This document shows, piece by piece, positions 12,260 through 21,467 of a stretch of 64,000 nt of DNA; within the stretch, counting starts at the first letter, position 1; each line of letters begins with the position of its first letter. A program made the position numbers and the translations under genes. The notes under the pieces are model-generated. The model was not told where the DNA came from and did not search any database. It was given only the letters and a program-made list of their open reading frames with translations. The stretch covers positions 26,011-90,010 of the forward strand of contig CAWDQT010000011.1 of NCBI GenBank assembly GCA_963804535.1. The letters run 5' to 3'. This DNA is from an uncultured Acidobacteriota bacterium. GTDB taxonomy: Bacteria; Acidobacteriota; Terriglobia; Acidiferrales; UBA7541.

Positions 12260-13085
12260 TGTCGGCAGAATCTTCCATTGAATGGACGGACGCCACGTGG
12301 AACCCAGTTCGAGGCTGTACCAAGATCGGCCCCGGCTGCACCCATTGCTATGCAGAAACGTTCGCGGAGCGATTCCGGGGCGTGAAAGGACACCCCTACG
12401 AGCAAGGATTTGACCTTCGCCTCGTCCCCAACAAGCTTTGTGAACCCCTTCGCTGGCGCACGCCCAAAATGATCTTCGCCAATTCAATGAGTGATCTGTT
12501 TCATGAGCAGGTGCCGGAGGACTACATCCTTGCAGTCGCGAGGGTAATGGTGGCGGCCAACTGGCACACTTATCAGGTTTTGACGAAGCGCTCCGAACGC
12601 CTCCGTGAACTTCTTAATACAAAATTGTCATTCGCTGCGAAACAGCCGCATATCTGGTGGGGAGTCAGCGTCGAGAATCGCATGTACGGCTTTCCCCGCC
12701 TGCGGGACTTGCAGCTCGCAGAAGCGTCTACCCGATTCCTCTCGGTCGAACCGCTGCTCGAAGCTCTCGGAAGCCTTGATTTAACCGGCATCGATTGGGT
12801 GATCGTAGGAGGCGAAAGCGGTCCGGGCGCCACGGCCAATGCAAACAGAATGGGTCACTTCCATTCGAGATCAATGCAAGAAGGCGGAGGTTCCGTTTTT
12901 TCTTCAAGCAATGGGGTGGGGTACGAAAGTCGCTCGCCGGCAGAAAGCTTCAAGGACGGACATACGACGAGTTTCCCCGCCGCGTAGAACATCCCGTCGC
13001 CCCAGCCAATAAATGCATGGCTTTAATCTCCCAAATCGAACCCCAGTTCCTAAAGGAGCGGGATCTTCAATCTGCATTTTGCTAG
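12259..13085 (+). CDS. DUF5131 / phage Gp37-Gp68-like three-Cys protein, two frameshifts as sequenced
   Basis: N-terminus 'IEWTDATWNPVRGCTKIGPGCTHCYAE' (C-x7-C-x2-C) and 'VGGESGPGA'. The sequence then reads 'RPMQTEWVTSIRDQCKKAEVPFF' in the +1 frame (extra A at 12842) and 'FKQWGGVRKSLAGRKLQGRTYDEFP' in the next frame (T-run 12896-12901). Its start overlaps the tcmP stop. Confidence 0.65.
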
Positions 13086-13156
13086 AACTAGGTTCGTTCG
13101 AACTCCAAGGTAAATGTTTTCCACTTCGTTCGAATGACTCAGATAGTAAATAGTAA

Positions 13157-13185
13157 TTGACTGCTCAGTACTTACTTGTTATAAT
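13157..13185 (+). promoter_or_regulatory. near-consensus sigma70-type promoter with no obvious downstream gene
   Basis: TTGACT (13157-13162), 17-nt spacer, TATAAT (13180-13185). Confidence 0.45.
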
Positions 13186-13364
13186 CACACATGTTTGCCC
13201 CGAGCCAGACCTCTGCCTCTCGACTGCCCCTTTTATCCAAGCTTGCTCACACGGCGCTGTCCGCCCCTGACCGGCCGCCTGAAGTTTTCTCCTCGCCAAC
13301 GAACAGAGCTACAAATCCGCCGCTTGCGTACGACCGCCAGATCGTCAGACCTAAACCCATTGGA

Positions 13365-13520
13365 ATGAACACTTGCACAAAAAAGGGGGGGGGGGGAGGT
13401 TTCGAGAGTGATTTGGATAGGAACTTCTGTGCCTCCCATAACTCTCTTGGAATCATACTCTTGCACAAAAACAATGAACAACTCCCATGAAATCATACTC
13501 TTTCAAAAAAACCGGGGGGT
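13365..13520. repeat. three degenerate copies of an about 25-nt unit ending in an A-run plus G-run, including a G12 homopolymer
   Basis: 'gaatgaacacttgcacaaaaaagggggggggggg' (13365-13396), 'gaatcatactcttgcacaaaaac' (13450-13472) and 'gaaatcatactctttcaaaaaaaccgggggg' (13489-13519). Confidence 0.55.
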
Positions 13521-13851
13521 GAGGGTGCCCCTGAAGCTCTACTTGAAGTCCTGAGTTTCCGGCTGGCGACGGGGTTGCCAGCATGATTTGCTCGCGAGAA
13601 AAAATGACGTGCTCTCAACCGCCAGCTCCGATTTTGACAACCCGTGCTAGTGGCATCGCGGCACGCGCGGCGACGGTAAGGGCATATGCTCCGCGAGTCT
13701 ATGCAACCCACACGAGCTGAGACGCCGCCGTGAGTTTATCGTGAGCGGAATTTATAAACTTGACACGCCAATCGCAGTGAGTGGATCATACGGCCATAAA
13801 TTCACTCTCTAGGGAAATAACTTGGCAACATCGCAGATGCTGAGAAGGCAT

Positions 13852-14923
13852 ATGAATTTTCTCTCATCCAAGCCGCGGCTGATACGCATCGTGTCGATGC
13901 TGCTTTTCCTGGGAGCGAGTGGGATCAGTGCGGTTTGCCTGCGCGCAGGAAAACCGCGGCCGCCAAGGCGCTGCAAATAGTGCTCGACAAAGTGGAAGCC
14001 CCAACGCGGGCGAGGTCCACATCCTGCCTGTTCAAGGCAATATCAGCATGCTCGTAGGCGCCGGTGGCAACATCACCGTGCAGGCAGGAGATGAGGGAAT
14101 CCTGTTAGTGGATAGTGGCGTGGCCGCGATGAGCGATAAGGTGCTGGAAGCGATCCGGCCTTTATCGAAAAGGCCCCTGGTTTACATCATTAATAGTGAC
14201 GACCGGCTCGATCACATAGGCGGCAACGAAAATCTCGGCAAGGAAGGCCGGCCCGTTCCCACAGACTCGCAGCGATACGCCGTCACAGACCGAGTTGCAG
14301 CCTCGCATGCCTATATCATTTCATTTCAGACCGTTCTGGATAGGATGAGCGCGCCGACCGGCCAAGCTAGTGCCATGCCCCAAGAGGCCTGGCCAAACGA
14401 TACGTACTCAGTGCCTCAGAAGAATCTCTATTTCAACGGCGAAGCTGTGGAGATATTTCACCAGCCGGCGACGACTGATGGCAACAGCATCGTGCTGTTT
14501 CGCCGTTCCGACGTGATCAGCGCGGGCGATATCTTCGATCCCGCGGAATATCCCATCATCGACGTGAAGAACGGCGGAAGCATTCAGGGCGTCCTCGACG
14601 GTTTGAATCGCCTGAAGGAGATGGTCATCCCGGCGGACCACCAGGAAGGCGGCACTCTGATAATCCCCGGTCATGGAAGGCTGAGTGATGCCGCCGATTT
14701 GGCTGTCTATCAGCAAATGGTCACCATCGTTCGAGACCGCCTGAAGGACATGATCAAGCGAGGCATGACGCTCGAGCAGGTGAAGGCGGCTCAACCGACG
14801 CGGGATTACGATCCGATCTATGGCAGCACTACAGGCAGTTGGACAACGGATATGTTTATTGAGGCGGCATACAAGAGCCTCAGCGGCAAACAGCAAACTT
14901 CACAGAGCCATGGAGCGAACTAG
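13852..14923 (+). CDS. secreted MBL-fold metallo-hydrolase, N-terminal frameshift as sequenced
   Basis: The body ORF 13919..14923 has a 'DHIGGNENL' metallo-beta-lactamase His motif. The signal peptide 'MNFLSSKPRLIRIVSMLLFLGASGISAV' starts at ATG 13852 (RBS 'gaagg') in the -1 frame. One extra base lies about 13937. Confidence 0.75.
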
Positions 14924-14989
14924 GAGCCATTCAGCCGGCGATTTTTCAAGGGCCCAGGGATTCTCTGACGCGCGTACCAGGAGAGGGTT

Positions 14990-15382
14990 ATGAAACGCAC
15001 ATTGGCAATCTTGTTGGGAGTTGTGACATTACTGACGGCGGGCAGCAGTCAGCTCCTCGCTCATCATGCTTTTTACTCGGTCTACGACCGCGAAAAAACT
15101 GTAAAGATCGAAGGAACGCTGAAAGAGTTCATCTGGCGCAATCCGCATTCTTTCGTCAGGGTGGAAGCCCCGGACGAAAAGGGAGATGTGCAGAGCTGGG
15201 TGATCGAATGGGCGGCGCCTGCGCAATTGACCGAGAAGGGCGTATCCAGTGCCACGCTTCGCCCTGGCGATAAGATCGTCATTACGGGCCACCCCGGGCG
15301 CGTCGCTGAAAACCATAGGCTCCAACTGATGAAGGTGGAGCGGCCGTCGGACGGCTTTAAGTGGGAAGGTAACATTCAGTAA
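14990..15382 (+). CDS. small secreted protein, DUF6152-like, copy 1 (predicted mature N-terminus His-His)
   Basis: 130 aa. Signal peptide ends 'SQLLA|HHAFYSVYD', with conserved 'W.NPH' ('WRNPHSF'), 'WVIEW' and 'LRPGDKIVITG'. Confidence 0.8.
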   Translation: MKRTLAILLGVVTLLTAGSSQLLAHHAFYSVYDREKTVKIEGTLKEFIWRNPHSFVRVEAPDEKGDVQSWVIEWAAPAQLTEKGVSSATLRPGDKIVITGHPGRVAENHRLQLMKVERPSDGFKWEGNIQ

Positions 15383-15445
15383 GCGGTCATTATTGCCCGA
15401 AAGTTAGAGATAAGAAAATGAAGACACTACTGCCCGAAAGCGCTC

Positions 15446-16320
15446 ATGCGAATTGGCCAGACGTTCCTGTTTGCAGCAGCCTTTGCACTCGTGCTGGCGG
15501 CTCATCTCGGCGCCCAGGATACGGATGCTGCGCCGCAGGTGCTGGGGCTCAAGGCGCAGTGAATCTCCAAATTGGGGCGGCCCGAACCCCGCGGGCAGCT
15601 TCGCCGCAGGATTTGACCGGCTATTGGGAATCGATCGTCACCGAGTATTGGCGCTACCGTATGGTGATTCCGGACAAAAGCGACTACGTCATCGTTCCCC
15701 TCAATGCCGAGGCACGTAAGATCGCGGACGCCTGGGATCCGGCCAAGGATAAGGCCGAAGGCAATGAATGCAAGGGCTACGGTGCCGCCGCGATCATGCA
15801 GGTTCCGGGCCGGCTGCACATTTATTGGCAGGACGACAATACGCTGCGAATCGATGCCGATTCTGGGACCCAGACGCGTCTGTTGCATTTCGGCGGTTCC
15901 GCACCAGCGAATGCCGCGGCTGACTGGCAGGGATATTCGGTAGCCTTGTGGGAGGGATACGAACCCGATAATCAGCGAAACGGCGGTGGCGGGCCAATAC
16001 GGGATCCCAGAGATCTCGCCAAGGTTGTGCCCAGAGAGGTGGGCGGGGTGGTCCCCGGATATCTCAAGGTTCTCACCACCCATATGCGTCCTGGGTATCT
16101 GCGAAAGAATGGCGTTCCTTATGGTGCGAACGCGACAGTCGAAGAATCTTTCGATCGCTTTTCCGATCCCTATTCTCATGAGAATTGGCTGGTAGTTACG
16201 ACCGTCGTAACGGATCCCCAATACCTCATGGAGCCTTACGTCACCCATGCACACTTCAAGAAGATTGCAGATGGGTCTGGATGGGATCCGACGCCATGCC
16301 GGAGCGATGAGCCCCGCTGA
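15446..16320 (+). CDS. secreted lipocalin-like family protein (divergent member), N-terminal frameshift as sequenced
   Basis: Signal peptide 'MRIGQTFLFAAAFALVLAAHLGA' from ATG 15446 is out of frame with body ORF 15418..16320 (indel(s) about 15540-15605). The body has 'DLTGYWES', a Cys pair and 'DPQYLMEPY'. Confidence 0.7.
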
Positions 16321-16375
16321 TTATTCTTTGAGGGTGCCGTTTTAAGGTTCGGTTTTTCGCAGTGAGGATGAGCCA

Positions 16376-17266
16376 ATGAGATTTGCAAACATCAGCAGCA
16401 GGAAAGTGAAGCGCCTCTGGTTCCCTGTGCTGCTGCTCTTGGTCTTACCGAGCCGGTCGCTCTGGGCGCAGGTCGATCTTACTGGTGAGTGGTCCCCGAG
16501 GATCTATAACGACGGCAGAGACATCGGCGACTACACGGGAATTCCACTGAATGAAGCGGGCCGGCTGAGAGCCGAGAGTTTTCACCCGGAACAGTTTGAT
16601 CTTCCGGAAAATATCTGCAGACCACACGCGTTCGATATTGGATTGCGCGTTGCTCCGGCGCAGCTCTATATCTCCACCGAACTGGATAATGCTACACAAC
16701 TGGTCGTTGACTATCACTTCCACGCGTACTGGTCCGATTTCAGGATTTGGATGGATGGCCGTCCGCACCCGCCCGAGTACGCAGCTCACAAGTTCTCGGG
16801 ATTCTCGACCGGGCATTGGGAAGGCAGCACGCTGGTATTCACAACCGACCATCTTAAGGAAGGGTTCATTACCCGCACGGGAGCGCCACTCACGGAAAAA
16901 GCTACCGTGACCACTCGCGTCAATCGCTACGGCAATGTTTTGACGATGGTTTTTATTATCAATGATCCAGCTTACTTGAGTGAGCCCTACATTCGGGAAT
17001 CCAGTTGGTACTACGATCCGAAGCAGGTGATTCCGGCGTTCCCCTGCGAGCCGTCTCCAGAAGGAACACTAATACCGGCGGGCCAAGTGCCCAGTTTTAT
17101 GCCGGGAAAAAACGACATTCTTACCGACTTCGCTAAGGAGTACGGAATACCTCCCGAAGCTGCGCTAGGCGGCGCGGAAACGACGCATCCCGACTACATC
17201 AAGAAAATGAAAGACATGAAGAAGCTGCCGCGCACCAGCACGAAGCATTTCATACGGCAGGGTTAA
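16376..17266 (+). CDS. secreted lipocalin-like family protein (divergent member)
   Basis: 296 aa with a signal peptide, 'VDLTGEW', 'FSGFSTGHWEGSTLVFTTDHL' and 'INDPAYLSEPY'. Confidence 0.8.
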   Translation: MRFANISSRKVKRLWFPVLLLLVLPSRSLWAQVDLTGEWSPRIYNDGRDIGDYTGIPLNEAGRLRAESFHPEQFDLPENICRPHAFDIGLRVAPAQLYISTELDNATQLVVDYHFHAYWSDFRIWMDGRPHPPEYAAHKFSGFSTGHWEGSTLVFTTDHLKEGFITRTGAPLTEKATVTTRVNRYGNVLTMVFIINDPAYLSEPYIRESSWYYDPKQVIPAFPCEPSPEGTLIPAGQVPSFMPGKNDILTDFAKEYGIPPEAALGGAETTHPDYIKKMKDMKKLPRTSTKHFIRQG

Positions 17267-17271
17267 CTCGG

Positions 17272-18294
17272 TTATTTGCCTCCGCGGCTCTTGATTCCCT
17301 GCGCGACCATTTGCACTTTGAAAACGGCTCCGCCGCCCACCACGTAAAGCGTCTTCATATCAGGACCGGCGAACGTGAGATTTTGTGGCCGTCGAGATGT
17401 CGGAATTTTGCCTAAGAGCTGGCCCTGCGGGCTGAAGACTTGAACTGATCCGCCGGCTGCGGCGTAGATGCGGCCCTTGGTATCGACCGTGAAGCCGTCT
17501 CCTCCTCCGCCGACTTTTCCGCCAGTGATCGTAAGGTCTTCGTATTTGCCAAAATTGCGGCGATTGCGCAGCGTTCCGTCTTTTTGCACGTCAAAGGCGA
17601 TGATGTATTCACCGGCGGTATCGTTTACGTAGACAACTTTCTGATCGAGGCTCATCGTAACGCCGTTGGGAAATTCTATTCCGTCCGCGACCTTGATTAC
17701 TTTGCCGCCGCCCGGAGCAATGTAATAGACCGCGGGTGGCATCGGCGGATTCGGGACATTCGCCGGATCGGTGAAGTAGACGCCGCCTTTCTTATCGGCA
17801 AACAGATCGTTGGGCCGCACGAAAGGCTTGCCTTCAAACTTATCGGCAAGCACCGCTTCGCTGCCCTTGGGGTAGATTGCTTGCACTCCCATGTGTCCCG
17901 GCGCGGTGGTTGCTCCAATCAGGCGGCCCTTGGAATCCCAGGCGAGGCCATTCGGACCGTTGGCGATATTCGCGTCCACGAAGACGGACTCTTTGCCGTC
18001 TTTATCGACTTTCGCAACTCGGCCCAAGATCGTTTCGCAAAAGACCATGGTGCCATCGGGCAAAGCGATCGGACCTTCTGTGCCCTGCACTGCGACGCCG
18101 GGAGTTCCGTGGCCGGGAACGGACGCTATGACGACTTGGATCTTCGTTCCGCCGCTGATCACGCCAGGAATATCCTTGGCGACCGTATCGGTAGGCGGAG
18201 CCTCGGCAGGTCGTGGCTGACCTTGTTCCTGCGCGGATGACCTCCCGCAAATTGAAAGAGCCAAGAGTGCGAGAATTATCGCCTTCAGTTTCAT
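17272..18294 (-). CDS. SMP-30/gluconolactonase/LRE-like six-bladed beta-propeller, secreted
   Basis: Start ATG 18294 (RBS 'aagggag') and signal peptide 'MKLKAIILALLALSICG'. Blade motifs 'GPNGLAWDSKGRL', 'FPNGVTMS' and 'GDGFTVDTKGRIY'. Confidence 0.8.
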   Translation of the reverse strand: MKLKAIILALLALSICGRSSAQEQGQPRPAEAPPTDTVAKDIPGVISGGTKIQVVIASVPGHGTPGVAVQGTEGPIALPDGTMVFCETILGRVAKVDKDGKESVFVDANIANGPNGLAWDSKGRLIGATTAPGHMGVQAIYPKGSEAVLADKFEGKPFVRPNDLFADKKGGVYFTDPANVPNPPMPPAVYYIAPGGGKVIKVADGIEFPNGVTMSLDQKVVYVNDTAGEYIIAFDVQKDGTLRNRRNFGKYEDLTITGGKVGGGGDGFTVDTKGRIYAAAGGSVQVFSPQGQLLGKIPTSRRPQNLTFAGPDMKTLYVVGGGAVFKVQMVAQGIKSRGGK

Positions 18295-18479
18295 AAGCAC
18301 TCCCTTTGGACTGCTGACCACGCAAGGCTATACGCCAGCCGCGTTTGGAGTGTCAAGGCCAGTTCTTCGCGGCGCAAATTGGTGGGCGCACGAAAAGTGT
18401 GGCGGCACTGGATTCGTCTGGTGTATAAGCAGCGCCAAGAGCTGAGAATCGAATACTGAGCCATCAGCGGGAGAAGTCG

Positions 18480-19295
18480 ATGAAAAACACGAAATGCTTG
18501 CTTTCAGCGGGTTTTGTCACCGCGCTTGTGTTTGGCGGTTGGATCAACGCGCGGGCCCAGAGTGAGATCACACTCCTGGCACCCACGATTGCGCGCAAGC
18601 CAATCGATACGATCCTCGCGAATTTCCAGGCCAAAGGAAGCTACAAGGTAAAAGTGACTTACGTCAACGGAACGGCTACACGGCAAACGGTTGCGAAAGG
18701 CCAGCCTGGAGATGTGTCGCTCATCATCGGGCCCTTCCCCGGAGCGATTGCTTCGGGGACCATAATCCCGAGCAGCGCGACACCGATTGCGAACTTTGTG
18801 ATAGGCGTCGCCGTGCCGAAGGGCAAACCGAAGCCGGATGTCTCATCGCCCGCCGCGGTCAAAAAAGCGCTACTCGCAGCGAAATCCATTGGATATGAGG
18901 ACCCGGACTTCACGGTTGCAGGTCAATGCCCCTGGGAGGCGCTGAATAAGCTCGGCATCGCCGATCAGGTCGCCACCAAGAGTCAGGTCATGCTCGGCCC
19001 CGGCGGCCAAGGGATAGCCCCGAGCGCCACAGCTAACGCCACCACCACCTACCAACGGCTCGAAAGCGGCAATATTGATATTGGCTTGCTCATGCTGAGC
19101 GACGAGCTTCCCTACAAAGATAAGTTCGACGTTGCAGGCGTTTTGCCGCGGAAACTTTGCACGCCTACTCCACTGGTGGGCTTCATCTCCACTCATGCCA
19201 GCGATCCTGCAGCCGCAAAGGCGCTCCTGCAGTTTCTGACGGCGCCCGAAGCGCAGGCAATATTTAAGGAAGCGGGACTCGAGCCGCACAGTTAA
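18480..19295 (+). CDS. periplasmic substrate-binding protein (ModA/PBP2-like), orphan
   Basis: 271 aa with a signal peptide and a type-2 periplasmic-binding-fold look ('ITLLAP...', 'IDIGLLMLSD'). No permease or ATPase gene is adjacent. Confidence 0.6.
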   Translation: MKNTKCLLSAGFVTALVFGGWINARAQSEITLLAPTIARKPIDTILANFQAKGSYKVKVTYVNGTATRQTVAKGQPGDVSLIIGPFPGAIASGTIIPSSATPIANFVIGVAVPKGKPKPDVSSPAAVKKALLAAKSIGYEDPDFTVAGQCPWEALNKLGIADQVATKSQVMLGPGGQGIAPSATANATTTYQRLESGNIDIGLLMLSDELPYKDKFDVAGVLPRKLCTPTPLVGFISTHASDPAAAKALLQFLTAPEAQAIFKEAGLEPHS

Positions 19296-19323
19296 ACTTG
19301 GCTCGCGCACACCGGAAGGCCTG

Positions 19324-20370
19324 CTACTGCTTGACGTATTTCTTCAAATCCTTTGGGCCAACCTCCGCGCCATAGATTACGCCTTTGGTGTCCGCGGCAA
19401 CTCCCTCTGCTGCGCTGGTCCCGGTGTAGTTAGGATCAGCGTTCGGGTCAGGAATGAATGCTTTGAGGGAGCCATCTTTGGCGCTTCCGACTCTTATGCC
19501 TCTCTTCCAGGCGCCATGATCTTTGGCAACCGAGCCTGACTCCGAATCGGCCACGTAAATCACATCGTTCTTATCAATGAAGAGCCCGCTGGGCCGGCTG
19601 AACTGCTGCCACTGATCGATGAATTTTCCGTTCTGATCGAAGATCTGAATGCGATTGTTGCCGCGGTCCGCCACAAACAATCGCCCTTTGGAGTCAAAGG
19701 CAAGCGCGTGCGGGATGTTGAGTTCGCCGGGCGCCGATCCCTTTTTTCCCCACGTCATGATGAACTTGCCATCTTTCGAGAATTTCACGATGCGCGCGTT
19801 GCTCTCTCCGCCATGTCCATCCGCGATGAAAATGTCGCCGTTCGTCGCAATGGCAACGGCTGACGGCTTGTTGAATGTATCCTCGCTGTTGCCCGCTACT
19901 CCCGCCTTGCCGAGCGTCATCAAAACTTTTCCTGCCGGGCTGAACTTGAAAACCTGATGGCCCTTGCCATCTTTTCCGTCACCATCGGTAACCCATATGT
20001 TGCCGTCCCGGTCCGCGGTAATTCCGTGAGGAAAGACAAACATCTCCGCGCCGAAGCTGGTCAGAAGTTTGCCGGAAGGATCAAACTCCAAAATCGGCGC
20101 TAGTTTAGAGCCTGCGCAGCTATTGGCGCCGCATCGTTCGGCTACCCAGATATTGCCTTTACGGTCGACCGCTACTCCGGCAGTCGATCCCCACGGCCTG
20201 CCCTCGGGAAGCTTTGCCCAATTCTCGATTGTGCGATAAGGGTCGGGCAGAGAATTCGTGGGCTGAATGTCCGCCGCCGCGACATGTATCCTGCCCGCGG
20301 ATATCGTTCCCAGAATGGCGATGATCGCGCCGATTAGGATCAGGTTAAGTCCGCGCGCGCTTGTTTTCAC
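19324..20370 (-). CDS. NHL-repeat six-bladed beta-propeller (peptidyl-alpha-hydroxyglycine lyase-like), secreted
   Basis: 348 aa with 'HQVFKFSPAGKVLMTLG', 'ARIVKFSKDGKFIMTWG' and 'NNRIQIFDQNGKFIDQW'. Confidence 0.8.
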   Translation of the reverse strand: MKTSARGLNLILIGAIIAILGTISAGRIHVAAADIQPTNSLPDPYRTIENWAKLPEGRPWGSTAGVAVDRKGNIWVAERCGANSCAGSKLAPILEFDPSGKLLTSFGAEMFVFPHGITADRDGNIWVTDGDGKDGKGHQVFKFSPAGKVLMTLGKAGVAGNSEDTFNKPSAVAIATNGDIFIADGHGGESNARIVKFSKDGKFIMTWGKKGSAPGELNIPHALAFDSKGRLFVADRGNNRIQIFDQNGKFIDQWQQFSRPSGLFIDKNDVIYVADSESGSVAKDHGAWKRGIRVGSAKDGSLKAFIPDPNADPNYTGTSAAEGVAADTKGVIYGAEVGPKDLKKYVKQ

Positions 20371-20381
20371 AAACTCTCCTT

Positions 20382-21405
20382 TCAGCCGAGAAAATTGCCT
20401 AGTTCAGACAACAGCATTTCCGGTATCTCCTCGGCGATGAAATGGCTGCTCGGAAGCGGTTTACCGGAAGCGTTGGAAGCCCGCTCCTTCCACGTATCGA
20501 GGACGTTGTACTGCCGGTGCATCGCACCTCTTTCGGCCCACAGCGCCAAAACCGGGCAACTGATTTTGCGCTGCAGATCCGCATCATCATGCATCAGGTC
20601 GATGGAAGCGCCCGCGCGGTAGTCCTCGCAAGTCGCGTGAATCATCTCCGGAGTGCGGAAGGATCGGAGATATTCGGCAAAGGCTTCTTTGCTGATCGCG
20701 CCGGGAGGAAGACCATTGAAGCGCGATTTGAGCCAAAACTCGGCGCTATTGCCGATCATCGTTTCCGGGAGCGGCTCCGGTTGGATCAGGAAGAACCAGT
20801 GAAAATTAGATGTGGCGAGTTCCTTGGTGACGGTATGAAAGACCTTGTACGTGGGCACGATATCGAGGACTACGAGCTTTTGCACGCTGTCGGAGTGGTC
20901 GAGAGCCATGCCGATGCGCCACTCGCCCGCCGCGATCATGACCCACCACCAGAAATTTCTGGAATCCGAGGCTGTTCATCACCTCGACCTGGTCTTGAGC
21001 CATGGCCCGTTTTGAATAAGCAGCATGATCTCCGCCACCGGCAGGTTTGCTGCTGTCGCCATACCCGCGAAGATCGGCGGCCACTACGGTGAACTTTTTC
21101 GCAAGTTGTGGCGCAACCTTGCGCCACATGAGGTGCGTTTCCGGATAACCATGCATAAGCAAAAGCGGCGGGCCGCTGCCGGCAGTTACAAAGTTGATGG
21201 TAGCGCCTGAGGTTTGTTTCGTGAGCCGCTTGAAGCCCGGAAAAAAGTCCGCTGTGGCTGCGCTCTGATCCGTTTGTCCCGCCAGCCGATCTGTTTGTTC
21301 CGACAACCGCTCGGTGCGAGCGAGCGCATCCTGAGTCGAAACAATAGCGCCAAGTCCCAATGCAGCTGCTTTCTTGAGAATATCTCGACGGCTGTCATCG
21401 GCCAT
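20382..21405 (-). CDS. Tat-exported alpha/beta hydrolase (haloacetate dehalogenase/epoxide hydrolase-like), frameshifted as sequenced
   Basis: Tat motif '[15 protein letters not shown]' and '[14 protein letters not shown]'. The nucleophile elbow '[13 protein letters not shown]' joins '|[20 protein letters not shown]' if the extra C near 20911 is removed (ORFs 20806..21405 and 20382..20939). Confidence 0.8.
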
Positions 21406-21467
21406 AACTTCGACCCTCCGGAGGTCTCAGTAACTACACGTTCGTTTGCCGGGATGCAAGCCCGGGA

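Noticed and set aside
13191-13490. 99-aa ORF starting right after the consensus promoter.
   Set aside because: It is low complexity, reads through the G12 run (poly-Gly) and the short repeats, and has no RBS or recognisable domain. The region is treated as non-coding.
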